Shown here in pieces: positions 17,588 through 36,256 of a stretch of DNA of 64,000 nt (position 1 is its first letter; each line of letters opens with the position of its first letter). Both the position numbers and the translations under genes were made by a program. Under the pieces are notes generated by a model. That model saw only the letters and a list, made by a program, of their open reading frames with translations, ran no database searches and was not told the origin of the DNA. The stretch is from the NCBI RefSeq assembly GCF_009914755.1, contig NC_060938.1; one strand, 5' to 3'. Origin of the DNA: the human T2T-CHM13v2.0 reference genome, Homo sapiens.

Positions 17588-18349
17588 TCATGCCTAAAAG
17601 ATACCTTGCTGAGATATTATGACAGTAGAGAATTTTAGTTTGCATGATATCTCAGCAAGATGGCTTTCTCTCACTAAGACATTACTTAAGATATATAGGT
17701 AGTGTTCAGAGTCTGGAAGATGCAAACTATTGAGATGAAACTTTTTCTATGTAGATTGGTGTGAGAAAGGAATCTTATAGCTTCCCCAATGTCTTTCAAG
17801 CCATTTCTTCTACAGAAGGGGAGTAACAGATGAAGTGGTAGATGGCGGCCAGGGCTATGAGAAGATAAAGAATGGCAAAAAGAAGAATTTTTGGATTTAA
17901 TTGCAGATATCTTGGCATCTTTGCTAACATTGGAGATTTTCTTTTGCTTGTCTATTGAAGGTGCTTAACTCATATCAATCAGTTTATTGACCCATAAGGA
18001 GTGCATTTTTGCTCATTATAAGGGTCCTTAAGCACAAAAAGTGAGAGTAAGAGGATGGTATGCAAGATCCCCTGTTTCACAGGCTACAAAGGAATGGAAC
18101 TATTCAGATTAGTGATATAATAATTGACACTGAAGATGCCTTGACTTTGACTCTTTCATTTTTCATGATCACCCTGCTTTAGTTTCTCTCTTAGCTTTTA
18201 ATTTTATTCCAAAGGCCTCAATTTAGATCTTATTAGTTAGTTGAGCTAATAACTACCTATACAAAATAAATAATTTATGTACATGGGAAAAATAACTTTA
18301 GATGGTTCAAATGACTATGCAAAATATCTCTGACTTTTGGCTACCACGT

Positions 18350-19212
18350 GGCCAGGTTGCAAATTTTCCAAACTTTTTTGGCCTGCTTTCCTTTTACATA
18401 TAAGTTCCAATTTCAGATCCTTTCTTTGCTCACAGATATAAGCATAGGCTGTTACAAGCAGCCAGGCCACATCTTAAACACTTTGCTGCTTAGAAATCTC
18501 TTCTGCCAGATACCCTAAATCATCACTCTCAAGTTCAAAGTTCCACATATCCCTAGGCAGAGACACAATGTGGCCAAGCTCTTTGCTAAAGCAAAACAAA
18601 AGTGACCTTTGCTCCAGTTCTCAATAAGTTCTTCACTTCCATCTGACATCTCTTCTGCCTGGACTTTGCAGTCCATGTAACTATCAGCATTTTGGTCACA
18701 ACCATTAGACAAGTATCTAGGAAGTTCCAAACTTTCCCCCATCTTCCTGTCTTCTTCTGACCCCTCCAAACTGTTCCAACCTCCAACTGTTACACAGTTC
18801 CAAAGTCGCTTCCACATTTTTGGTTATCCTTTCAGCAACACCTCACTCCTGGTACCAATTTACTGTATTAGTCTGTTTTCATGCTGCTGATAAAGACATA
18901 CCCAAGACTGGGAAATTTACAAAAGAAAGAGGTTTAATTGGACTTACAGTTCCATGTGGCTGGAAAAGCCTCACAATCATGGCAGAAGGCAAGGAAGGGC
19001 AAGTTATGTCTTACATGGACGGCAGCACGCAAAGAGAACTTGTGCAGGAAAACTCCCCCTTATAACAGCCATCAGATCTCTTGAGACTTACTATCATGAG
19101 AACAGCATGGGAAAGACTTGCCCCCATAATTCAATTACTTTCCACTGGGCCCTCCCACAACATGTGAGAATTCAAGATGAGATTTTGGTGGGGACACAAC
19201 CAAACCATATCA
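18350..19212 (-). mobile_element. THE1-type MaLR LTR (~18864-19212) with adjacent internal fragment
   Basis: tgtattagtctgttttcatgctgctgataaagacatacc...aaaccatatca, plus THE1/MST-int-like sequence. Confidence 0.85.
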
Positions 19213-23160
<3,948 letters not shown>

Positions 23161-24505
23161 ATCTGTTATTGTCTTTTTAATATAAATTTTGAAGAACATT
23201 CTCTATATTAAGAAAACTTGTCATATAACCATCATATAATGTATACCTATATCTTCTTAAAAAGTGTATTATCATTTTGACTTTACTTATGATCTTGTTT
23301 GTCATGCAGAATTTAAAAAATACTATATAGTCAAATTTATCAAAACTTTTTTCATGGACTGTGAGTTATAAGCCCTGCTTAAAAATCCATACCACTCCAA
23401 AATGGTAAAATTTTATACTGTATTTTCTTTAGTTTTTCAGACTTTTTTGTATTTAAATTTTTAATAAGAGTGTGTATGTAAAAAATGAGATTGATGTCCA
23501 GGGATTTTTATTTTTCTTATTTTTTTGGTTCATTTTGAGGCTGCCACTCATGCTCAACATCCTTTTCTGAATAACTCATTTTTCTTCATTGATTTAAAAT
23601 GTTATATTTGTCCATTTTCCACGTTTCTTATTTTTCGCTATTAAGGTTTTCAACTTAAGCATTAAAAAAATCCAAAATGGATTGTTTATTGTTAATGGTG
23701 CATAATACCAATAGCTTACTGAATATGAGAGTAATATGCAGCCAGTCATCACTGAGCTCATGCTAGAAATAAGTATGGGATTATGATGTGAATAGAAGGA
23801 ATGTTACTAGAAATGGAGAAAGAGATAAACTGTGAGAGTGTGTAGTGAGGTGTCACCTAAGGCAATGTAAACTATATGCCTGTAATCTCAAACTTGTCAG
23901 TTGTTTCCAGTTGAGAGGACTCAGACAAAGCAGTAGAAAATCATGCTCATAAATTGTTCACTGAGTAAGAAGTAGACAACCAGCTTTGGAAAACAATGAC
24001 AACTTGGTATCTTCTTTGTTCTTCTTGAAGAGGAGAAATTAAATAGTCAACACTTGGTTTTAGAGTTCTGACAAGTTCCAACTAGTTGAAATGCCTTGGA
24101 ATTTGCAGCTACTTCAAGTTTGGGATGCTGTCATTGTTCTGGAAGAAGATTTTTGAATTTTTTCTGTTACCACATATGCTCCTTGATGATGTTTAGTTAT
24201 ATCCACTGTGGAAACTATCATAGCTCTCCGAGAATGTTGTTGAAAATTGATTATATTTCAAATATAGTGCCCCTAATTTAAGCGGAATGAGTATGGACAG
24301 GTCTTTTTTGCTGAGATTTCTTCTTCCTGCCTCTCCCTCTCCTTCACCCTCTTGTTCCTCTCTCTGTCCTCTGTCCTCTTTTCTTTCTCTTCCTTGACTT
24401 TGCTGGACTGATTCCATGATCCTTTCCTGAAGTAAGCATCTCTGGGGGATCAACCCTTACTTTGGACTACAATGCCATTGCCATCAATATTTAAAAGTAA
24501 TCTCA

Positions 24506-25543
<1,038 letters not shown>

Positions 25544-25639
25544 AAAAGTAATCTCATTGTAGAGGAAAGCAGCTGTTCACAAGAGCATATAAAACTAACA
25601 ATGGATCTATATTATTTAGGTTCACGCAGATTTAAGACT

Positions 25640-26090
25640 GTGATGTCTACATGCAACTCTCTGTATATATCTATCTGTATTGATAGAGATATGTACATAT
25701 CTATATCTGTATCTATCTATCTATATAGAGAGATTTATTTTAAGGAATAGTTTCACACAATTTTAGGGGCTGGGAAGTCCAACTTCTGCAGGGCAGGTCG
25801 TCAGGCTGGGCAACCTGGGAATCACTGATTTTGCAGTTTGAGTTTGAAGACAAGTCTGGAGGCATAATTTCTTCTTCTTTGGAGAGCCTAAGTGTTTTTC
25901 CCTTAAGACCTTCAACTGATTGAATGAGGTCCATTCACATTATGCAGAAAATCTGCATTACTCAAAGTCTACTGATTCAAATATTAATCTCATCTAAAAA
26001 CACCTTCACAGTGACATCTAGACTGATGTTGGACCAAATATCTGGGTACTGGGGCCTATCTCAGTGGATGCATAAAATTAGCCATCACAC
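25640..26090. mobile_element. MLT2-type ERVL LTR remnant with (TATC)n-like tract
   Basis: gagatttattttaaggaa...cataaaattagccatcaca, typical of MLT2. Confidence 0.65.
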
Positions 26091-26935
26091 GGTCTTTACC
26101 TCTAGCAAATCTTTTCCAAAAGCCTACTTTGCTTATACAACTATAATATACCAACTTTCTTTTTATTGTTTCTCGTATAACTATTTCCATTCTTTCAACT
26201 TCTCTGAGCTTTAAATTTCAAACTTAAAATAAATCCTCATATATCTACACTCTCAAATGTTCATAAGCTTCTTATTTCACTGAGAAAATAGAAACAATCA
26301 GAAGAGAATTTTCAAAAACTTCAACACTTACCAGTCACTTGCATCTATGCTCAAATACTCTGTCTTTCCTCTCATTAGAATGTCATCCCCTGTGTGCAGG
26401 GACTTTGCTTATTCTCAGCACTTATCATCATACCTGAAAATGTAGGCATTTGAAAAATAATTGTTGAATTAAAAATGAATAATAAAAATAACTCTGTCAT
26501 TACCAGAACAAAACTATCATTTATTCATTCCCTCAATAAAAATTTATTATATGCCTATTTATTGACAGGCCTTATTCTAGCAACTGACAATGTAGCAGAG
26601 AATAGAACAGATAAAAGTCCCTATCCTAAGGGAGCTTATATTTCAGTTGAAGGCTAAGTTCATGTTAGCCACTACAATAAGCCTTTACATGAATCATCTC
26701 TTCAATCTTTCAAAAATTGTTAGGTAAGTGTTATCATACCTATTTTCAGATGAGAAAGCTAAGGCTCAACTCTCCTATTTAATATCACATAGAGCCAGAA
26801 TGCAGAGCTTCAAATATATGTCTAAATTACTAATCTACTGTGCTGATATAGACATGAAGGGCTTTATCCTCTATATCATGCTGCAAATAGGAGGAAAAAA
26901 GCTTGATCAAAAGTTCTAAGCAATTGTAGCTCTGA

Positions 26936-26950
26936 CCCCAAGAGGGCAGT
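26936..26950 (+). promoter_or_regulatory. CTCF motif upstream of TRAV10
   Basis: CCCCAAGAGGGCAGT, close to consensus CCASYAGRKGGCRSY; ~175 bp upstream of the ATG. Confidence 0.65.
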
Positions 26951-26958
26951 ATTTGCAT
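26951..26958 (+). promoter_or_regulatory. Octamer motif in TRAV10 promoter
   Basis: Perfect ATTTGCAT; inverted CCAAT (ATTGG) at 27018-27022. Confidence 0.5.
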
Positions 26959-27124
26959 TCGCCCCGCCTGCAGGTCTGAATGTGTAGTATGTGTAACATA
27001 GCGAAGCCTGGTCTCTGATTGGCTAGGGATACCCTCTGAGAAACCCTTTGGTTAGTGTTAAAAAAAAAGAGAAGATGTTGAATACACAAGTCAACTTCTG
27101 GGAGCAGATCTCTGCAGAATAAAA

Positions 27125-27692
27125 ATGAAAAAGCATCTGACGACCTTCTTGGTGATTTTGTGGCTTTATTTTTATAGTAAGTTAGTGGAGAGTTTTAGCA
27201 AAGTTAACATAGTAAGTCAAGGGAATATTTTCTTAGGATTTGGGGTGAAGATGTAGTCCACTGGGATAGGAGGAAGGGAGAAAATGGGACCATTTTCTGT
27301 TTCACTTGGGATTCATTGTGGGGAGTAAGGAAGGGATGCAAATTAGACAGTATTAATACTGGATGATGGATCTCTTGAATCTCACTTTTCTTTCTGAATA
27401 GGGGGGAATGGCAAAAACCAAGTGGAGCAGAGTCCTCAGTCCCTGATCATCCTGGAGGGAAAGAACTGCACTCTTCAATGCAATTATACAGTGAGCCCCT
27501 TCAGCAACTTAAGGTGGTATAAGCAAGATACTGGGAGAGGTCCTGTTTCCCTGACAATCATGACTTTCAGTGAGAACACAAAGTCGAACGGAAGATATAC
27601 AGCAACTCTGGATGCAGACACAAAGCAAAGCTCTCTGCACATCACAGCCTCCCAGCTCAGCGATTCAGCCTCCTACATCTGTGTGGTGAGCG
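27125..27692 (+). CDS. TRAV10: T-cell receptor alpha variable 10 (Valpha24, iNKT V segment); leader 27125-27176, V exon 27402-27692
   Basis: Leader MKKHLTTFLVILWLYFY, GTAAGT donor, acceptor ending 27401. V domain KNQVEQSPQSLIILEGKNCTLQCNYTVSPFSNLRWY...SASYICVVS. Confidence 0.97.
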
Positions 27693-27731
27693 CACTGTGC
27701 TCCACAGGCACTTGAAGCCAGTATGCAAACC
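27693..27731 (+). other. 23-RSS of TRAV10
   Basis: CACTGTG + 23 nt + ATGCAAACC. Confidence 0.88.
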
Positions 27732-28069
27732 TGCACCTGGAGGTTATCAAGGAGGCATAGGAGTTAGAGTAGACCGTTATTTTTTATGCAGAATATGATT
27801 TCACTAGTGAATATTTATCTCTCCGACATGATTTGATTTGAGCTTGAGCCTAAAGTTCTACTTAGGCTCAAGTAGAATACATGTCCTCAAGCGAGGATAA
27901 AGACATTCTCACTCAACACACAAAGTTAATTGCTACATCTGGGTGTTCCCAAGGGCAAGACAGTCTGTCATGCTGTGTTACTATTGCTGAAGTAGATGAC
28001 AGTGTTGTTTGGAAGGGAGAGACTAGCTTGGTTTTTGATCTGGACACCTACCAGCAGAATGTCAACTAA

Positions 28070-28414
<345 letters not shown>

Positions 28415-29580
28415 GAAATATCTTGAGAAGTTTCCTTCCCCTGAAAGACATTCAGTTGTCATTTCATGGCTATTCAAGTTCTCAGAAAGCATCCTGTGAG
28501 AATAAATCTGCTCTTCCCATTTAGCTATGCTCCAGATCAAGGCTTTTGTCCAGGTGCTGCATCAACTCTTTATTATCTTCCATCACTGCTCCTTTAGAGG
28601 ACACTGGAAGGCCAGGGGATCCTGGCAGACACAGTCACTCTCAGGCAGCAGAACAACTGTGCCAGGCTTTTCAACCATCAGTGTTCTAGAAAAGAGACTT
28701 AGGGACAGAATGCCTACCTGCAATTGTGAACTCTGGTTTTCACAACTTAGCTGTGAAGTTCTTTTTGGGACAATTAGAGAAATGTACATATAATTTGAGA
28801 ATTAGATGAGAAAAGTACTTATTTAAAAGGCAGATATCAACTGTAAAAAAATGGGAAGAATATATACTAAGATATTAAAAATGGTAATCCTTGTATTGTG
28901 GGAATATAATGTTTTTACTTTTTATCTTTCCTTGTCTTCTGTACTTTTAATTTTCTATAGTTCTCGGATTTTTCTTCTGTCAAAATAAAGATTATTAAAA
29001 AATAACAAATGTCTTAAAAAATTTAAAGGAATGCATCTCATCTGTCACTATCAACTCACAGGAATTGATATTTAAAGATGATCACACATTTCAGGATATT
29101 GTTGAATAAGATTGATTTGTTATGCTTATGAGCACTGCAAGTAAGTTCATTTCCAAGTTCAGTGAATTGATAATTTGTGAATAAATGAAGCCAGGACCTG
29201 GACTGTTCTTTGTAACTAGTCTGGAGATAGCTCAAGTGTCAAGACATCAAAATGCCTTGACTTCTGGAGCAAAAAGTAAACCTAGATATATTCAGTAATC
29301 AGATATTTTTTCCTGTCCTGTATCTCCTTTCAAGTCTTTAGAGTGAAGAAATTAATGTTCAGATTGCTGCTACAGCAGACTTGTGTGAGTAATCATAAAC
29401 TAATTGAGGAAAAAGATAAAATACATGAAAATGGAATCAATAGGTAAAATTCCAAGTACGTGGACAAATAAGTTTTAAAGGTATTCTCAGGAGGAGATTA
29501 CTGTGGGACAGAAAAGATAGGAGAAAGTATCATGGGGAATAGCAAATTTAGTTAGGTCTTGAAGGAGAGACACACATTGA

Positions 29581-30013
<433 letters not shown>

Positions 30014-31156
30014 TTACGAGGCTTGAGTCTATGTTTGTCTATTGCGTTCACTTTCTTTTACAGGAATATCTTGGGAAGTTTGCATTCCAATATAGGCATT
30101 TCCTTGCTTGCTTTAGTTTAGTTTAGTTTGCAGGTTTCATATGGTGAGTAAAAGGCACAGGCATTGAAATGCTCTATCTATCACTTACTAAATTGCATTA
30201 CTCTGGACAAAATTACATAACTTCAGAGCACCTACGCGCCATCAATGGTAATTACACGTACATCACATGGTCATAAGGATTGAATTAAGTTAAGTGAATT
30301 TAATTAAATGATTGAATTGCATTGGTAGAAAATAATTTTTCAACTAATGGTAGTTATTCTTGTACATAAATGATAAAACAAAGGTAATTTAAAATAAGAC
30401 AATAAGAAACTTTAAGTATAGATTAAGGTTTACCTTTCCACTCTTCTTCTGTTGATTATATTCTTTTACTACAGTTATGGCCGAGAGTCACCCTTTATTT
30501 CACATTGGCCTTATTCCATTCAATTATTTGAACTGACAGTATTGGCTTTCTTGTTTGTTTGTTTGTTTGTTTGTTTTTATCTCATAGGTTTTCTGCACAG
30601 AAAATGAAGCTTTCTTGCTTCCGGTGTAATTTAATGTAAATTCTATGATGAATCCACATGAGCTTTATGGAGCAGGACTCCGATATAACACCATTATACT
30701 GACCTACAGTGCCAATAACTAGATCCATACCCAGGAGCTCATTTAACAGAGCTCTGCATTGGAAAGGAGAGAAAGTAACCTTTCTAGGTTTGGGGGAGAA
30801 ATCCTTTTTAGTTATTCAATTTATAACTTGTACATACATGGTAGATGCCCAGGAAGTATTACAGAAGAAAAAAGGAAAGAGAAAAATCTAAGGGACAAAT
30901 GCTAGATGCAGCTGACTGAGAATCAGCACCTGGTTCTGCCAGGGTCCTTTTCCATGCTACCTCTTCAGAGATCAGGAGGAGCTGTGTGATCTGTGCACCG
31001 GGGAGTAAATCTTGTTTCTGGCTGGTTGGGGAGACTTTCAGCTTCCTGCAACAAAGAACTATGAATATAAACTCAGAGAAACCAGAGATTTGGCTTGATA
31101 GTGTTTGAGGGCTCCCAGACCCCAGCCAGAGACCTCACTGAGTCTAAGTGATAAAA

Positions 31157-31694
31157 ACGGAGAAGCCCTTGGGAGTTTCATTCTTGATTTCCTCCTGGCA
31201 GCTGTGCTGTGAGTTGCTGGGCTCTGGAAATATCATAAAAAAGAGCAGATTGTAGTTTCTTCTTTATAAGTCTGGAAGTTATAGAAGGGTGGTTAGGGTC
31301 TCAGTGCTCACCTGTGGGGGCTGTGAAAAGAGAGTATATCTTCCAAATGAATGAATTTCCGTGAATGAATGTCCTCTGTCTGTGGTTCTCTGTTTAAACA
31401 GGGGTGAATAGACTACATACACTGGAGCAGAGTCCTTCATTCCTGAATATTCAGGAGGGAATGCATGCCGTTCTTAATTGTACTTATCAGGAGAGAACAC
31501 TCTTCAATTTCCACTGGTTCCGGCAGGATCCGGGGAGAAGACTTGTGTCTTTGACCTTAATTCAATCAAGCCAGAAGGAGCAGGGAGACAAATATTTTAA
31601 AGAACTGCTTGGAAAAGAAAAATTTTATAGTGTTTGGAATATCGCAGCCTCTCATCTGGGAGATTCAGCCACCTACTTCTGTGCTTTGCAGTAG
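31157..31694 (+). pseudogene. TRAV11: TRAV11 pseudogene (ACG start, dead heptamer); leader 31157-31208, V exon from 31402
   Basis: Leader begins ACG-GAG-AAG-CCC (TEKPLGVSFLISSWQLC) with intact GT/AG sites and an open V frame LEQSPSF...NCTY...HWFRQ...ATYFCALQ*. Heptamer position reads AGTAGTG (31690-31696) + 23 nt + ACCATAACC. Lies between TRAV10 and TRAV12-1. Confidence 0.9.
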
Positions 31695-34103
31695 TGTCTC
31701 CCCAGCACCTGCAGCCTGTACCATAACCTGCAGCCGGGACCCTTGACACAGGCTAGCCTTGCAGGTGGGAGTGAAGATTTTTTTTTTTTTTTTGTATAGA
31801 GGGAACTTTCTTTATGACCCGCATCTCCAAAATAGAAGTGAAGGATAATGTATCTTTCTTATGTAATGAAACTGAATTTATATTAAATTAAATTTCCTTT
31901 TGTTATTATTTAAATTTCATTCCTTGATGCAGTTTGTACAGATTCTGAGCCTGTTTGCCCACAGATTCCTTCCACTGCTTTACTCTTTAAGAGGAAAGAC
32001 CCCTTTGTGGTGCAGGCTCTGAGTCCATGAAGCAAGTTTTCTCCAGGCTATACCCTCATCAGGAACATTTTACCCATTTGATCATATCTTCATGATGTTT
32101 TTGTACCATCTATACCATTATTTACTTAATTTAATATTAAATTGATGTTTATGTTAAATAGACTTTAAAAATAACTATGTAAAATTGTCTTCATTTTACC
32201 AGATACCATCTGTGAAACCATGTATATGATATAAATAATATATTTAAAGTGCTGCTTATATTTTTCCCAATATAAATTAAAATAGCATCATATATGTAAC
32301 AATTGAAAAGGCTGTCTGTATACTGCCTAATAGGACCTCTTGTATCAATCACACTTTAAGAAATACTGATCCAGCCCATACCCCTCATTTCATAAATGAA
32401 AGAATTGAGATCCACAAGTATGGTATCATTTACTCAAGCACGACTTACAGTAAAATGAAAGCTATAAAAAGAGTCTAGGCTTTATGATCCCTTGTCAGTT
32501 GCTTCTTCCACCAACGATGCAAAGCAGGATCTAAAGTTTGAAGAAAAGAGTTGGGTGTTTTACATTTAAATTAAATTAAAAGTTTTATTTAATTGTGTAT
32601 GTTCAACCTAGGTAAATTAGAAGATACGACTACCTATCAAAGTAGAGCATTCTCATAACTTCATCGCCTAGAAATAACAAGTATTTATTTTTCAAATTTT
32701 CTTGTATACATATACAACTACATTTCTCTATGAATGGGGCTGATAATGTCCCCAGTATTTATTAATGTGCTTGCTTCTCTCAACATTATAGATATTTCCA
32801 TGCCAGGGATCTTATATTGAGGATATAATTTTAAATGACTGTCTAGTTTTCATTATATATTTTTTAAAAAGTGAATCACCTTTTGATAATATTTCTAATT
32901 ATCCAGTATTATAGACAATGTTTTTATTAACATCATTCAAGTCACAGCTTTCACAGAATGGAGTTGGGTGAATAAGGGAAAACACATAACACTGCATATC
33001 TAATTTTCAGGAAGAAATTTTTCACCAAATTGTGATTCCAACAATAGCATGTAATGCTTTTTGTTTTCCATACTTTCTTTACCTGTTATGAACATTATTA
33101 CTTGAAAGAAGTTTCCACTTTGCCAAGTAAAATTTTTAAATGTTTTGACTCTTTTACTCTATGAAGTTATACATTTGTTATTAAAAATAAATGAAACAGG
33201 ATTAGAAAACATACAGAGTAAGAGTGTTTCACACAACATAAGTATCTTCATACAATAAGATATGTTAAAGAAGAACTTTGAAAAACACTCTCATGGTCCC
33301 ATTTACCTTCCAATGTTCTCTTTCCTTTCAAGGCTATCTATTCTCCACGTCGTTCCTACTGTAAGTGTGGACCAGCACTATCTGAACTTGTGCGGAATCT
33401 CAGGCTGACTGAATTTGAATCTGCATTTTAACAGACCAACCGTGTGATTCTATCCTTCAAAGTTTGAGAAGCACCCCTTTCATGGGGTGCCAGAATGATT
33501 TTTTACAATATAAAGTAAAAGCTGTCTCTACTAGCCCAAAAATGCTTCAATGGCTTTCTATTGCTTCTAGAATAAAAATGCAAATTTCAGGCTGTGCTAC
33601 ACAAAGATATGTATCATGTGAACCTCCTTTTCAATCTCCCCTTTTAACTCTCCTAGCTCTCTATGTAGCAATAACACTATTCTCCTTTCAGTATTCTGAA
33701 CTTGCCATGTTCTTTTCCACATTTAGTCAAACTCGTCCATTTGAAATGCTCTTCCTCCAAATATGGGCAAGCCCAATTCATTTTCACATTTCAGATCTCA
33801 GCTCAAGTACACACTATATAGATAAAGACTTCTGACTTCTGTTGATCTTCGTGACTAATGTAGCCATCCATGGCTCTCCCCACAGCTTTATCACAAAACC
33901 CTAGTTATTTCCCTTATGGTAATAATCATAACATCTAGTTATAATGTTGATTTACATGCCAATGTGTTCATTGCCTAAACTTCCAATTAGGATACAACTT
34001 CTATGAGGTCAGGGATATTGTTTGTTTAATCACACCTTTAACTTTAGTGCCTACCTTTAGTGACTGCCCCATAATAGTCAGTGAAAAAATATCTTCTGCA
34101 TGT

Positions 34104-34422
34104 GGCTGGGCGTGGTGGCTCATGTTTGTAATTCCAGTACTTTGGGAGGCCGAGGTGGAAGGATCAGTTGAGGTCAGGAGTTAAGGACCAGCCTAGGCAA
34201 CATAGTGAGACCCTCATCTCTACAAAAAACAAAAATAAAATATTAAATGAGTGTGGTGGCATGCGCCTGCAGTCCTAGCTACTCAAGACGTTCAGACAGA
34301 AGGATATCTTGAGCCCAAGAGTTGGAGGCTGCAGTGAGCTATGATGGTGCCACTGCACTTCAGCTCTGGGTGACAAAGCAAGACCTCATCTCTTAAAAAA
34401 TAAAATAAAATAAAATAAAAAA
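34104..34422 (+). mobile_element. AluJ
   Basis: Diverged Alu dimer with (TAAAA)n tail. Confidence 0.88.
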
Positions 34423-35197
34423 GAACTATATACAGAATGAATAAATGAATGTTGCTTGGCCTTGCGTTCTTTTTTCCTTTCGCTTTCTTCTCACTCCCAT
34501 CCTAGCAAATCTGAACTTCGTGTATGTGCTCCCTGCTCAGATATCTGGTAGAGTTCTTTAATGCTGGCACTTACCCCTTGTCTCCGGACCAGGCCTTCCT
34601 ATGCTCAGTGAACTCTGTCAAATAACTAGATCAACTCAGGGTCTCAATCTGTCCTCACTCAATTGACATCAGGTGTAATCTGAATGAACTGAGCAAACTC
34701 TAAACATAATCCCACAGTAAAACATCTGAAAGAAAAAAAAGGTATACTTAAAAGATGTTGGAAAGTATGAAATCAACTTCCCAAATCAAATAAATGATAA
34801 GCACATGTCAAAGTTTAATCTCAAATTATTGCAAGAGAAAAATTGCATCAGGAAACACATTCAAATAATTGGACTAAGTAGAGACATTTTATAGAAACTA
34901 GTTTTTTTTTTTAAAGTCAATTTAAAGATAATTATTATGGTCAAATTATTATTGGTTCATAATGACTGTACTCTGTGTAGTGGTTGTTAGACTCATCATG
35001 AGATTAATAGTCATCTGAGATTATAACACTAATATCTCAGAATGAGTCTTTATTTTAGTAAAGAATATCAGAAAATTGATCAAATATTTGATCAGGTATG
35101 ATAGTTAATTCCCATATGGGGCTATACATTTTATCCTTCAAAAAAGTTTCATTCAAGACCAGTTTTGGGAAATTTATTGTTGTCAAAAGTAATTCAA

Positions 35198-35331
35198 ACC
35201 AAGTGTGGTGATGTGTGCCTGCAGTCCCAGGTACTCAGGAAGCTGAGGTGGGAGGATCCCTTGAGCCCGGGAGTTCAAGTCCAACCTGGGCAATATAGTG
35301 AAACCTCTTCTGTCTTAAGAAAAAAAAAAAA
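35198..35331 (+). mobile_element. Alu monomer (FLAM/FRAM-type)
   Basis: Single monomer + A tail; TSD aa(a/g)gtaattcaa. Confidence 0.8.
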
Positions 35332-36256
35332 GGTAATTCAAGTCTTTAGTGTTTACTATAATGGAGAGGAGGGATTTGTCAGGTTTTGGATGTTTTCCCT
35401 TCCTACAAGTTACTAATCTTGTTTGATTGAGGCTACAGTAAATATATGAAACTACTTAGAGACAAAGGATTTTGTTACTCATGACACAGCAAACAGCATA
35501 AACATTGTTATATTCACTTCAGTCGTTCTTTCCCTTAAATCTAAAAAAGATGATATGTATGCTGACGAATACTTTGTTTGAAGTGGTACTGTGTCATAAC
35601 TGAGGAACTTTGAGCTCGGAGAATTCACTGCTTTTATAGTAAGGAGTAAACCAAATTGCTCTTTGTCTCAGAGGGAAACAGTACCTCACCCCTCAAGGTT
35701 TCTTGCTGCAAGCATAACTCTGGAAATTGGTCAGGTAGAGTGGTCATGGTCGTAAACCACTGGCATACCTAGCAAGACATTTATGAGTATAAGAGATTAA
35801 GGATGGTCTGGTTTTCAACAATATCCACTCCATATTCTTACATTGTGTTATTTTCTAGAAACTTTTCTCATGAGTGTGCCACTCCAGAAGCCGTTCTGAT
35901 CAATTTGACGGACAGAGATTCCGAGACTAAATACATTGAATTTGCCTCAAACAATGTTTAAATAAGGCTACTATCAGCAGACCAATCTGCAACATTAACT
36001 TCACCCATTTAGTCAGCTGTGACAAAGTCCCAAAGTATAGATAACTAGGATATAATTTCTTATCCATTATACATGGAAGTTTAGATTGATACGCTAATCT
36101 TTGTTTTAATTCTCAAAAAGAGTCCAAAAAGTAGCCACCATTCCTAATGGAAAGATGTTCTGTCCCACCTATTCCCAGACATAAGCATAACCCAACAGGT
36201 TAATCCAGTTTGGAATTTATTGTTAAACTTGATTTGGATCAGCATTACATCACTTT

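Noticed and set aside
27693-27699. TRAV10 heptamer CACTGTG is a perfect CACAGTG on the minus strand (possible bidirectional RSS)
   Set aside because: No nonamer at 12 nt (AGATGTAGG) or 23 nt (GCTGAATCG) on the minus strand.
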